Below are positions 9,941 through 19,228 of a DNA stretch of 64,000 bases, piece by piece (the stretch's first letter is position 1; every line of letters starts with the position of its first letter). The position numbers and the translations under genes were made by a program. The stretch is taken from positions 31,852 to 95,851 of the IMG/VR virus record IMGVR_UViG_3300002835_006866. One strand, written 5' to 3'. The stretch comes from a virus. Below the pieces are notes generated by a model. The model was given only the letters and a program-made list of their open reading frames with translations. It had not been told where the DNA came from and did no database searches.

Positions 9941-11113
9941 ATGACTAAGCGTGAAATGACCCGTCAAAAGTTTCTAGAAGCTCTCCAAGGTCTGGGTAAA
10001 GCCCAAGTGACTAAAACGGAGATTAAGCAAGTGTGTGAAACTTTGGGAATTTCTGGTGCTTCATGGTTTACTAAAGAAGAAACAAACAAAGTTTCCCGTG
10101 GCCTTTACCGAGTTCCTGCTGCCACTGTTGATACTGTTAATATGCAGGCTCAAGTTATTCCTATGACCAAAGCCATGGAAAAATCCACAAACAAAATCGT
10201 TAATGTTCAAACTGATTTGGACAGCGTTGATTTGATTCCTAAACAATACAAAAACTATGTTCCTTTTGGTGATTTTGAGGATATTGTTTCGATTGTTTCT
10301 TCGAAAAAGTTTTTCCCTGTTTTCGTTACTGGTCATTCTGGTAACGGTAAAACCATGAGCATCGAACAAGCCTGTGCAAAGGCAAAACGAAAATTCATTT
10401 GTATTTCGATGACACCTGAAACCGATGAAGGTGATCTTCTTGGTAATTATGTTCTGATTAATGGCAATATGGAATGGCGTGATGGTCCTGTGACCACTGC
10501 TGCTCGTCAAGGTGCTGTTCTGTGTATCGATGAGATTGACTATGGTGCTCAGAATCTATCTTGCCTTCAGCGTGTTCTAGAAGGTAAACCTTTCATGCTC
10601 AAAAAGAAAGGTGAACTGATTGTTCCTGCTGAAGGGTTCACTATCTTTGCTACCGCAAATACTAAAGGTAAAGGTTCTGATGACGGTCGTTATATGTTCA
10701 CCAATGTTCTGAACGAAGCATTTCTTGAGCGTTTTCTGAACACTTACGAACAGAAGTGGCCTCCTGTTAAAATCGAAAAGAAAATCATCGAAAAGGAACT
10801 ACAATCTGTTGGTCGTGAAGATGCCGATTTCTCTGATAAATTGGTATTGTGGGCTGATACAATTCGCCGAACTTTCGATGATGGTGGTTGTGATGAAGTG
10901 ATTTCTACTCGCCGTTTGGTGCATATCGTAAATACTTATGGTATTCACGGTGATAAAATGAAATCAATTTCGCTCTGCCTAAATCGCTTTGATGAAGATA
11001 CTAAGGCAAGTTTTCTCGATCTGTATAGCAAAATTGATGCCGGTGTTAATCCTGAAGAAATAACACCTGCTCCGGAAGTTTCAGCTCCTGTTGAACCAGA
11101 ACAACCTTTCTAA
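9941..11113 (+). CDS. cobS: CobS-like MoxR AAA+ ATPase
   Basis: GHSGNGKT, LCIDEID, ATANTKGKG, NEAFLERF, ISTRRL. Confidence 0.88.
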   Translation: MTKREMTRQKFLEALQGLGKAQVTKTEIKQVCETLGISGASWFTKEETNKVSRGLYRVPAATVDTVNMQAQVIPMTKAMEKSTNKIVNVQTDLDSVDLIPKQYKNYVPFGDFEDIVSIVSSKKFFPVFVTGHSGNGKTMSIEQACAKAKRKFICISMTPETDEGDLLGNYVLINGNMEWRDGPVTTAARQGAVLCIDEIDYGAQNLSCLQRVLEGKPFMLKKKGELIVPAEGFTIFATANTKGKGSDDGRYMFTNVLNEAFLERFLNTYEQKWPPVKIEKKIIEKELQSVGREDADFSDKLVLWADTIRRTFDDGGCDEVISTRRLVHIVNTYGIHGDKMKSISLCLNRFDEDTKASFLDLYSKIDAGVNPEEITPAPEVSAPVEPEQPF

Positions 11114-11121
11114 TCAATTTC

Positions 11122-11151
11122 AGCCCATCGGTTAAGATGGGCTATTTTTTT
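11122..11151 (+). terminator. rho-independent terminator
   Basis: AGCCCATC-GGTTAA-GATGGGCT followed by a T-run. Confidence 0.85.
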
Positions 11152-11171
11152 ATCTTTTACCTGACTAACTG

Positions 11172-11200
11172 TTGACAAACAAAGAAGGTAAGTTTATAAT
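11172..11200 (+). promoter_or_regulatory. early sigma70 promoter
   Basis: TTGACA-17 nt-TATAAT, perfect consensus. Confidence 0.85.
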
Positions 11201-11266
11201 TGTCAACTTGAGAGAACGGTCTCCTCTCAACCGTTTTTAATGTGAGACCAATTTATGGAGTTTGTT

Positions 11267-11557
11267 ATGCCTAACTATTCTAACATGTCTGCAAAAGAAA
11301 AAATCCTTGCTTATCTTTCGAAAGAAGATGGCTACAACACTTTGACCGTTGCACAAGCTCGTGCTCGCTTCAAAATCGATAATGTGACTGCCCGTATCGA
11401 TGAACTCCGCAAAGAGGGATATGCGATTTATACCAATCGTAAAACTCTCGCCGATGGCCGCAAGATTCAATACTACAAACTAGGCAAGCCAACTAAGAAA
11501 GTTGTCGCCGCTGGTGTAGAATATCTTCGTATGCAAGGTATCAATGCTTTTGCCTAA
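11267..11557 (+). CDS. winged helix-turn-helix DNA-binding protein
   Basis: KEKILAYL...TVAQARARF...VTARIDELRKEGYAI; GGAG RBS before ATG 11267. Confidence 0.7.
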   Translation: MPNYSNMSAKEKILAYLSKEDGYNTLTVAQARARFKIDNVTARIDELRKEGYAIYTNRKTLADGRKIQYYKLGKPTKKVVAAGVEYLRMQGINAFA

Positions 11558-11577
11558 TTTGGGCTAGAAAAAGCATC

Positions 11578-11614
11578 GAGGAAGTAATACATATAGGTGT
11601 TACTTCCTCTTTTT
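11578..11614 (+). terminator. rho-independent terminator
   Basis: GAGGAAGTAATAC/GTGTTACTTCCTC stem plus T-run. Confidence 0.8.
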
Positions 11615-11630
11615 ATTTTATGGGTGAATT

Positions 11631-12446
11631 ATGGAAATTGAAGTTAAGATTGATGATTTGAAGAAAAATAAAATATTTGTTGCTACGCCGATGTATGGCG
11701 GTATGTCACATGGACTGTATGTAAAGTCCTGCCTCGATTTACAAACAGTTATGACACAATACGGTGTAGAAACCAAATTTTCATTTCTGTTTAATGAATC
11801 ACTCATTACCAGAGCAAGAAATTATTTGGTAGACGAGTTTCTCCGCTCAGGTTACACACACTTACTTTTCATTGACTCGGATATTCATTACAATCCGCAA
11901 GATGTTTTAGCTCTGTTGGCATTAGATAAGGATGTTATTGGTGCTCCTTATCCAAAAAAATCTATTAACTGGGGTAATGTGGCTACAGCTGCACGAACAC
12001 ACCCAAATATGGAACCAAAAGAACTTGAAAACCTTGTTGGTGAATATGTATTCAATGTAGTGAAAGGCACACAACACTTTCAAGTTACCGAACCCTTAGA
12101 AGTGATGGAAATTGGAACAGGTTTCATGTTGGTAAAACGTAACGTGTTTGAAAGAATGGAAGTGGAATATCCAAACATTCGATACAAGCCAGATCATGTT
12201 GGTCAAGCCAACTTTGATGGATCACGTTACATTCATGCCTACTTTGATACAGTAATTGACCACAAAGATTCTATCACTGGTGGTGGATCAGAACGCTATC
12301 TATCAGAAGATTACATGTTCTGCCAAATGTGGCGTAAAATGGGCGGTAAAATCTATCTGTGTCCTTGGATGAGAACACAACATATTGGTACTTACGCTTT
12401 CACAGGTAATATGCCTGCTGTTGCTCAATTCACTGGAAGGCTGTAA
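11631..12446 (+). CDS. GT-A fold glycosyltransferase-like protein
   Basis: VATPMYGG, ESLITRARN, FIDSD (DxD), GTGFML, LSEDYMFC. Confidence 0.7.
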   Translation: MEIEVKIDDLKKNKIFVATPMYGGMSHGLYVKSCLDLQTVMTQYGVETKFSFLFNESLITRARNYLVDEFLRSGYTHLLFIDSDIHYNPQDVLALLALDKDVIGAPYPKKSINWGNVATAARTHPNMEPKELENLVGEYVFNVVKGTQHFQVTEPLEVMEIGTGFMLVKRNVFERMEVEYPNIRYKPDHVGQANFDGSRYIHAYFDTVIDHKDSITGGGSERYLSEDYMFCQMWRKMGGKIYLCPWMRTQHIGTYAFTGNMPAVAQFTGRL

Positions 12447-12751
12447 TGCAAGAGCAAGGTCGTAAATTTGATGGAGGCAAACTAGAATATGGTTTGCTTC
12501 CACCTTTGGCTTTAAAAGCCACAGTTGATGTTCTTACCTTTGGTGCTCAAAAGTATGAACGTGATAATTGGAAAAAAGTTTCTGATTCCAAACGTAGATA
12601 CTTTGATGCCATGCAAAGACATATCTGGGCATGGAAAGAAGGTGAAGTAAATGATCCTGAATCTGGTCGCCATCACTTAGCTCATGCTATGTGTTGCCTC
12701 ATGTTTCTGTATGAACATGATATACTATATTCAGTAGATGACAATTCTTAA
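12446..12751 (+). CDS. dATP/dGTP diphosphohydrolase-domain protein (DUF5664-like)
   Basis: GRKFDGGK, FGAQKYERDNW, DPESGRHHLAHA. Confidence 0.8.
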   Translation: MQEQGRKFDGGKLEYGLLPPLALKATVDVLTFGAQKYERDNWKKVSDSKRRYFDAMQRHIWAWKEGEVNDPESGRHHLAHAMCCLMFLYEHDILYSVDDNS

Positions 12752-12765
12752 TTATGGAGTAAAAC

Positions 12766-13455
12766 ATGAAGTTATCAAATGATACCCTTTCTGTACTAAA
12801 AAACTTTGGTTCTATCAATCAAGGTTTGTTTTTCAAAAAAGGTAACACACTAAAGACAGTTTCTTCTCATAAAAATATTCTCGCTCAAGTGGATATTAAA
12901 GAAGATATTCCTACTGATTTTGGTGTTTATGACCTAAACAATTTTCTTTCTGTAGTTTCTCTACACAAAGATGACCCGTCTTTCGATTTCGACGACAAGC
13001 ATGTGGTGATCGTTGGTAATAAAGGTCGTAGTAAAATCAAATATCGTTTTTGTGATCCAAAAATGATTAACACACCACCCGAAAAAGATATTGCAATGCC
13101 AGAACCAGAAATCAAGTTCGAATTTTCTTCGGAAGATTTCGAATGGATTCTACGTGCTGCGTCTGTTCTATCTTCTCCTCATGTGGCTATTCAATCTGAT
13201 GGTGAAGAAGTTCATATCGTCACACTCGACCTTCAAAATGACTCTTCGCATACCGACTCTCTTAAACTAAATGTTAAGGGTGATGGTAACAAATACAAGA
13301 TGATTTTCAAAACAGAAAACATCACTAAAGTTATGCCCGGTTCTTATGATGTTTTTATTTCTTCAAAAGGAATCTCCCGTTGGAATAACAAAAACATCGC
13401 TCTAAAATACTGGATCACTACTGAATCTGGAAGCAAATTCGAAAGGTCTGAATAA
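12766..13455 (+). CDS. g45: sliding clamp gp45
   Basis: MKLSNDTLSVLKNFGSINQ, FGVYDLNNFL; upstream of g44. Confidence 0.93.
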   Translation: MKLSNDTLSVLKNFGSINQGLFFKKGNTLKTVSSHKNILAQVDIKEDIPTDFGVYDLNNFLSVVSLHKDDPSFDFDDKHVVIVGNKGRSKIKYRFCDPKMINTPPEKDIAMPEPEIKFEFSSEDFEWILRAASVLSSPHVAIQSDGEEVHIVTLDLQNDSSHTDSLKLNVKGDGNKYKMIFKTENITKVMPGSYDVFISSKGISRWNNKNIALKYWITTESGSKFERSE

Positions 13456-13673
13456 TGGCTTTATATAACTTTACAAATGTTTTTGAAGGTAATGCATCAG
13501 ACACTATCGCTATCAACTCTGACTATGTTGTAGCCGTGTATGAAACATTGTATCCTAATCCTGATACAAATGAACTTGATGCTGTCACGAATATTTTTAC
13601 CTCAAATAGTATTACATACCAAGTTAGAGAGAATTACTTAACTGTAATTGCCACATTAAACTCTAACAACTGA
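13455..13673 (+). CDS. hypothetical protein
   Basis: ORF translationally coupled to g45. Confidence 0.6.
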   Translation: MALYNFTNVFEGNASDTIAINSDYVVAVYETLYPNPDTNELDAVTNIFTSNSITYQVRENYLTVIATLNSNN

Positions 13674-13712
13674 TACAATTACACTTTATTATGATTTACG
13701 TGAGGACTAAAA

Positions 13713-14645
13713 ATGGAACATCTATTGTGGACAGAGAAGTATCGTCCCAAAACCATCGAAGATTGTATTCTCCCGGAACGGCTAAAGAAGCCGTTTCAGG
13801 AGTACGTCAATCAACAAAACATTCCAAATCTTCTCTTGAGTGGTGGAGCGGGCGTTGGGAAAACAACAGTAGCGAAAGCTCTGTGCAACGAGATCGGCTG
13901 CGACTACATCGTAATCAATGGTTCTGATGAAAGAAACATCGACACATTTCGTGTAACGATTAAGAACTATGCTTCATCTATGTCTTTGTCTGGTGGCCGC
14001 AAGGTCATCATCATTGATGAAGCTGATTATCTGAATCCAAATTCGACACAGCCTGCTCTTCGTAATGCTATAGAAGAGTTTGCAAGTAATTGCTCTTTCA
14101 TCTTTACTTGTAACTACAAGAATCGAATCATTGAGCCGTTGCATAGTCGCTGTGCTGTCGTTGAATTCAATTTGAAGAATGGTGAGAAGGCTAAGATGGC
14201 TTCTCTCTTTTTCATGAGAATTCAATCGATTTTGCAAAGTGAAAAAGTCGAGTATGATGACAAGGTCCTGGCTGAGCTCATCAAGAAACACTTTCCAGAC
14301 TTTCGCCGTATCATCAATGAGCTGCAGCGTTACTCTCAGTTTGGTAAGATCGATACTGGTATCCTGTCGCAGATTGGTGATATAACCCTTACTGAGCTGA
14401 TTGGCTACCTGAAGTCGAAAGACTTTTCTAATGTCCGGAAGTGGGTGGCCAGCCATGACATTGATCCTGCCACCATGTACAGGAAGATTTACGATTCGCT
14501 AAATGAGTTGCTAAAGCCGCAATCCGTTCCGCAGGCCATAATTATTTTAGCGGATTATCAGTATAAAGCGGCATTTGTCGCTGACCAGGAGATAAATACT
14601 TTGGCTATGCTCACGGAAATCATGGTCGATTGCGAGTTTTTATGA
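13713..14645 (+). CDS. g44: clamp loader large subunit gp44
   Basis: LWTEKYRP, GAGVGKTT, IIDEAD, SRC motif. Confidence 0.96.
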   Translation: MEHLLWTEKYRPKTIEDCILPERLKKPFQEYVNQQNIPNLLLSGGAGVGKTTVAKALCNEIGCDYIVINGSDERNIDTFRVTIKNYASSMSLSGGRKVIIIDEADYLNPNSTQPALRNAIEEFASNCSFIFTCNYKNRIIEPLHSRCAVVEFNLKNGEKAKMASLFFMRIQSILQSEKVEYDDKVLAELIKKHFPDFRRIINELQRYSQFGKIDTGILSQIGDITLTELIGYLKSKDFSNVRKWVASHDIDPATMYRKIYDSLNELLKPQSVPQAIIILADYQYKAAFVADQEINTLAMLTEIMVDCEFL

Positions 14646-15121
14646 GTTTACACAGAAGCGATATCACAATTGAAGAAGGTTTAAAAGTATTTGACGAACC
14701 TGCTAAAAGACTTGCTAAGTTGGTGATTCCAAAAATCATTGACTCGATAGTTGAAGTTCAAGAGCACCCAAACAAATACAGTATAGATTTGATTGGATAT
14801 CAAAGTGAAGATTCTCCTGTGGCCTACATTGAGGTTGAAACTTCCCACTCTTGGAAAACTGTAAATTTCCCTTGGAAAAGACTATCGTATCTTGAAGAGA
14901 GAAAGGGTCGATACCTCTACAAAGAAGAGTATCTTAATTTGAATATGTACTTTGTAATGTTCAATAAAGATTTTACAAGTTTTGCCATCACAGACAGAAA
15001 TTCTATATTAAAATCTCCTGTGGAATCACATGTCAGAACTTGGAGAGGAAAAGAGCCAGAGAAGTTTAGAATGATTGACCGAAAAGACTTCGATGTTTAT
15101 ATCGTGAAAGATTTGTTGTGA
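14642..15121 (+). CDS. PD-(D/E)XK-like nuclease, probable free-standing endonuclease
   Basis: YSIDLIG...YIEVET pattern; inserted between g44 and g62. Confidence 0.5.
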   Translation: MSLHRSDITIEEGLKVFDEPAKRLAKLVIPKIIDSIVEVQEHPNKYSIDLIGYQSEDSPVAYIEVETSHSWKTVNFPWKRLSYLEERKGRYLYKEEYLNLNMYFVMFNKDFTSFAITDRNSILKSPVESHVRTWRGKEPEKFRMIDRKDFDVYIVKDLL

Positions 15122-15405
15122 AGGGAGAAACCAATGCTATTTTCCAATGGATACGTGATGACTTTGATTCCCATCCTGCCCGTTTTGTCATTGAGCTTTT
15201 GGCTTGGGGCATTAGCATTGGGTGTAGCCTTACTATGGCGATCACAGTCCCTAATCCTCCACTCCTCACTCTTTACCCTGCTTGGATTACTGGCTGCATC
15301 ATGTATTCTTGGGCTGCTTATTCTAGGAAATCGTTTGGCATGCTGGCTAACTATTTGCTCATAACTGCAATAGATACATTTGGACTGATTAGGATGTTGA
15401 CATGA
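15118..15405 (+). CDS. small three-TM membrane protein
   Basis: Three hydrophobic segments. Confidence 0.65.
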   Translation: MKGETNAIFQWIRDDFDSHPARFVIELLAWGISIGCSLTMAITVPNPPLLTLYPAWITGCIMYSWAAYSRKSFGMLANYLLITAIDTFGLIRMLT

Positions 15406-15785
15406 ACCCTTTTGATTATGTAAATGCTATATTAAAGAGTAAAGAAAAACTAATTGTTGATGATATAACTGAGAAAGGATACGAACCATTTCTAGTAAAC
15501 CGATCTTTGTCTTATCATAAAGACTGTGTGTTCTATGCAAATGAGATGAATCGGAGGCACCATTTAGATAAAAAATTACAAAATGATTTCCTTCTAAATA
15601 CCATCAGGTCCCAGAAAAGGACTTTTGCTAAGTGGGTTAAGCGTGAAAAAAGTGAAGATATAGAATGTGTTAAATTAGTCTATGGTTTCTCTGACTCAAA
15701 ATCCCGTGAGGCATTACGCCTACTTAGCAATGAACAAATCCAACAACTAAAAGAACAAACCGAGATCGGTGGATTAAGGAAATGA
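15402..15785 (+). CDS. g62: clamp loader small subunit gp62
   Basis: PFDYVNAI, YEPFLVNRSLS, ANEMN; position before regA. Confidence 0.9.
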   Translation: MNPFDYVNAILKSKEKLIVDDITEKGYEPFLVNRSLSYHKDCVFYANEMNRRHHLDKKLQNDFLLNTIRSQKRTFAKWVKREKSEDIECVKLVYGFSDSKSREALRLLSNEQIQQLKEQTEIGGLRK

Positions 15786-15786
15786 T

Positions 15787-16191
15787 ATGGTTGATTTATC
15801 CAAGTTTGTTGAGGTGAAACTCAACGAACAGGACGATTTTCTAAAGGTAAGAGAAACTTTGACTAGGATTGGAGTATCATCCAGAAAAGAAAAAGTCCTG
15901 TATCAGTCTTGCCACATTTTACATAAACAAGGCAAGTATTACATTGTACATTTTAAAGAGTTATTTGCATTAGATGGTAAACCCTCAAATCTCTCTGAAA
16001 ATGATATACAAAGAAGAAATGCAATTGCTAATTTGCTAGAAGAGTGGGGTTTAGTTAAAATTATGAACCGATCTATTTTAGAAAATAATATAGCACCACT
16101 GCATCAAATTAAAATTATCTCTTTTAAAGAGAAAGATCAGTGGGAACTGATAACAAAATATAATATAGGCAAAAAATCACAAGATTACTAA
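15787..16191 (+). CDS. regA: translational repressor RegA
   Basis: FLKVRETLTRIG, LYQSCHILHKQGKYYIVHFKELF. Confidence 0.96.
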   Translation: MVDLSKFVEVKLNEQDDFLKVRETLTRIGVSSRKEKVLYQSCHILHKQGKYYIVHFKELFALDGKPSNLSENDIQRRNAIANLLEEWGLVKIMNRSILENNIAPLHQIKIISFKEKDQWELITKYNIGKKSQDY

Positions 16192-16205
16192 TATGGTGAT
16201 TAATT

Positions 16206-16388
16206 ATGACAAAAGTGAAAAACAAATCTATCAAGTTAGTGAATAAATATACTAAAGAAGAAGTGTACACAAGAGACTATGATAATGTGGTTAAAGACGG
16301 CAACAACGAGTTTATTCGTGTTTTCGAATCACATAATCCTAACCGAACTTTTCTTGTCAACCGACAGGCTTTTGTGGTTGTCAAGTAA
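16206..16388 (+). CDS. hypothetical protein
   Basis: ORF with RBS, in operon context. Confidence 0.55.
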   Translation: MTKVKNKSIKLVNKYTKEEVYTRDYDNVVKDGNNEFIRVFESHNPNRTFLVNRQAFVVVK

Positions 16389-16441
16389 GTAGTGGCGCCT
16401 AATGGGCCACTTTATTAACTTGCTTAAAAAAAGGAGAAAAT

Positions 16442-16921
16442 ATGACTATTACTGGTCGATTTGGTCCAATGGTTCTTAATCAGACATTGGGTTTTGAAAA
16501 TTTTATTCGTGACGTTGAAGCAATTCTAAATGATTCTAGACCAACAAACAATTTTCCACCACATAACATCATCAAAGCAGATGAAAACAAATATGTGGTA
16601 GAACTTGCTGTTGCTGGTTTTAGTAAAGACGAAATTGATATCGAAGTGCAGGATAATACTTTGACTATCAAAGGTGATAAGAAAGTCGGTACACCCGATG
16701 TTCAATACCTACACCGTGGAATTGGCACACGATCTTTTACTAAAGCAATCACAATCGCTGACACCATTGAAGTAAAAGGTGCAGAGTTCAAAGATGGTAT
16801 TCTACGCATTGGACTTGAGAACATCATTCCAGAGCATAAGAAACCACGTAAGATTGAAATTGGCAATGAACTAAAGACGTTTGAACCTCAACTTCTACAA
16901 GAAGAAAAACAAACGGCTTAA
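16442..16921 (+). CDS. hsp20: small heat-shock protein Hsp20 (IbpA-like)
   Basis: NFPPHNI, ELAVAGF, YLHRGI, DGILRIGL, IPEHKKPRKI. Confidence 0.95.
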   Translation: MTITGRFGPMVLNQTLGFENFIRDVEAILNDSRPTNNFPPHNIIKADENKYVVELAVAGFSKDEIDIEVQDNTLTIKGDKKVGTPDVQYLHRGIGTRSFTKAITIADTIEVKGAEFKDGILRIGLENIIPEHKKPRKIEIGNELKTFEPQLLQEEKQTA

Positions 16922-16950
16922 TTTCTTGGGGCTTCGGCCTCATCTATATT

Positions 16951-17784
16951 ATGAACACACCAATAACAATGCTGGTTCATACTCATAAAGAGTACGCTTT
17001 CAATTTTGATTCGAAGTGGGTTAAGTATTTCTACGCCGCATCTTCCGATCCAAATGAATGGCATCCTTCTGTTGGTAATTTTACCAATGTGTACGAAGGA
17101 GAAAACACCATTAAGAAATTTTACAAGTATTATTCACACATAAGTGAATTAGAATTTCTTAAAGCTATGGGTCAACAATCAACAGAATATTATGCTGCTA
17201 ATCACATAGATTCTGATTACATTGGATGTGGTTCATATAGAAGATATTTGGCAGTTGAGAATGGTGTTGGTTATACAGGAGAAAAATTAGAAGTTCCTGC
17301 TAATGAAGATTCATGCAGGTTTTTAACTTCTGATTCTCAGATGAATCGTGCTCTAGATTATCTACAATCTGCTGATGTAGTTTGTAGTAGATTTAGAATG
17401 ATGCACAATTCAATTGAAAGACAATATTTGGAATCACAACTTCCAGAATATTGGTTTCTTTTCAAACAAGGTATAGAAACTCTTTTTCCTGAATACAAAC
17501 GACATATGATTTGGTTCACAGATTATAGTATCTGTAACTATGAATGTGTTTATGTAATGCCAAAATCATGGTTCAAGAAAATGTTTGGTGAATATTTTGC
17601 CATCATGGAATATATTTGGCAAAATTGCGAAGAAGTATATCCGGATAAAAACAAGAGGAGTTGGCACTGCTCTGAACCTTTTCCATGGAGATATCCTGGA
17701 TTTCTAAATGAAAGGTTCGTTCCGTTCTTTATGTACGCTAATGGGCTAAGGAAAATCGAAGTTCCTTTAGCGTTTTTATCATGA
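16951..17784 (+). CDS. DUF4422-like glycosyltransferase-related protein
   Basis: YIGCGSYRRYL and RYPGFLNERF motifs. Confidence 0.55.
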   Translation: MNTPITMLVHTHKEYAFNFDSKWVKYFYAASSDPNEWHPSVGNFTNVYEGENTIKKFYKYYSHISELEFLKAMGQQSTEYYAANHIDSDYIGCGSYRRYLAVENGVGYTGEKLEVPANEDSCRFLTSDSQMNRALDYLQSADVVCSRFRMMHNSIERQYLESQLPEYWFLFKQGIETLFPEYKRHMIWFTDYSICNYECVYVMPKSWFKKMFGEYFAIMEYIWQNCEEVYPDKNKRSWHCSEPFPWRYPGFLNERFVPFFMYANGLRKIEVPLAFLS

Positions 17785-18197
17785 AAGAAAAATATCTTGA
17801 ATCTTATATGGGTGTGGCTGAAATCTTTGCTAGACAGTCATCGGCAAAGAGATTGCAAGTTGGTGCCATTGTAGTCAAAGATGATCGTATCATTAGTATA
17901 GGTTACAATGGAATGCCATCAGGTTGGGATAATGTGTGTGAAAATATTAATGAAGATGGTACGTTAAAAACAAAACCAGAGGTGCTTCATGCTGAAATGA
18001 ATGCTATAGCCAAATTAGCAAGAAGTAACGAATCTGGTTTAAACTCCACTATGTTCATCACACATGCACCATGCATTGAGTGTGCTAAATTGATATATCA
18101 ATCTGGCATTAAAAAAGTTTTTTATAAAAATGAATACAGATCACAAGATGGTATAGATTTTCTTAAAAAATGTAATATCGATATTAATAAACTATAA
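17781..18197 (+). CDS. cd: dCMP deaminase
   Basis: GYNG, HAEMNA, PCIEC. Confidence 0.93.
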   Translation: MKEKYLESYMGVAEIFARQSSAKRLQVGAIVVKDDRIISIGYNGMPSGWDNVCENINEDGTLKTKPEVLHAEMNAIAKLARSNESGLNSTMFITHAPCIECAKLIYQSGIKKVFYKNEYRSQDGIDFLKKCNIDINKL

Positions 18198-18206
18198 GGA
18201 GAAGTT

Positions 18207-18647
18207 ATGTCGCAGGTAAAAGGTACTAAAACTGAATTGAATTTGAAAGAAGCATTTGCTGGTGAATCGCAGGCGAATCGTCGTTATTTGTATTTCGCTA
18301 ACATGTGTGATATTGCTGGCGCTCAAGAAGTAGCAGCTGTTTTCCGCCATACTGCTGAGGGAGAAACAGGTCATGCTCACGGTCATATGGAATACTTGAT
18401 CGAAGGCGGTGCTGGTGATCCTGCAACAGGAATGCCTGCAAAGAGCATTGTTCAGGCTCTCGAATCATCCATCGAAGGTGAAACTCATGAATATACCGAC
18501 ATGTATCCAGGTATGGCTAAAACTGCTCGTGAAGAAGGCTTCGAAGAAATTGCCGATTGGTTTGAAACTCTAGCAAAAGCAGAACGCAGCCATGCAGGTA
18601 AGTTTAAGAAAACTCTTGAGGCATACAAACAAGAAATTGGTGCTTAA
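18207..18647 (+). CDS. rubrerythrin (short ferritin-like form)
   Basis: [36 protein letters not shown]. Confidence 0.92.
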   Translation: MSQVKGTKTELNLKEAFAGESQANRRYLYFANMCDIAGAQEVAAVFRHTAEGETGHAHGHMEYLIEGGAGDPATGMPAKSIVQALESSIEGETHEYTDMYPGMAKTAREEGFEEIADWFETLAKAERSHAGKFKKTLEAYKQEIGA

Positions 18648-18704
18648 TTGCCACTTTTTTGAATTGTATATTGTATAATATTATTTTTATTGTTAAGGAA
18701 AAAT

Positions 18705-18929
18705 ATGAACATTCGTGAACTAGCAAAAAAACTTGCTATCGATAACAAAATGATTCATGCTGAAAAGTATGATTTATATTATCGTGATTATGATAACATG
18801 GTAGAAGTTTTGGGTTGGGTTCAAGACCCTTTGATTAATGCTTCTGATTTCAATGGAAGAGAAATGCTCATTCCAAATCGGTGGGTTACATTGGGAGTTC
18901 TAGATGCTAATATGGGAGTCAATGTATGA
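18705..18929 (+). CDS. hypothetical protein
   Basis: ORF with AAGGA RBS before ATG. Confidence 0.55.
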   Translation: MNIRELAKKLAIDNKMIHAEKYDLYYRDYDNMVEVLGWVQDPLINASDFNGREMLIPNRWVTLGVLDANMGVNV

Positions 18930-19225
18930 CCGTTAAATTAATTACACTTAAAACTAACCACACTCTCATCGGAGAAATTGTTGATGAAGGTAATGTTGGT
19001 GTAAAAATAAAACAACCAGTTCAAGTTGTTGTTCAGCCAACAAAAGATGGCCCAATGATGGGTTTTGTTCCGTTTGTTGACTTTAGTGAGGACTTTAAAA
19101 CTGGATTTGTAATTAATAATAACGACATTTTATTTACAAGTTCGCCTGTAAGAGAACTCGAAAATCAGTATAATAAGATGTTCGGTTCTGGTATCGAAAT
19201 CGCTTCTTCAATTCCTAAATTATAA
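18926..19225 (+). CDS. conserved T4-like hypothetical protein upstream of g43
   Basis: Pattern VKLITLK...NQYNKMFGSGI; position before g43. Confidence 0.65.
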   Translation: MTVKLITLKTNHTLIGEIVDEGNVGVKIKQPVQVVVQPTKDGPMMGFVPFVDFSEDFKTGFVINNNDILFTSSPVRELENQYNKMFGSGIEIASSIPKL

Positions 19226-19228
19226 TGA

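Noticed and set aside
7603-11113. Cobalamin biosynthesis
   Set aside because: No CobN or other cob genes; CobS/CobT-like pairs are common in T4-like phages as MoxR-vWA chaperones.
12446-12751. Z-genome (2-aminoadenine) pathway
   Set aside because: No PurZ is present in the window; the hydrolase alone is not diagnostic.
18648-18679. sigma70 promoter before ORF 18705
   Set aside because: TATAAT is present but there is no -35 at acceptable spacing.
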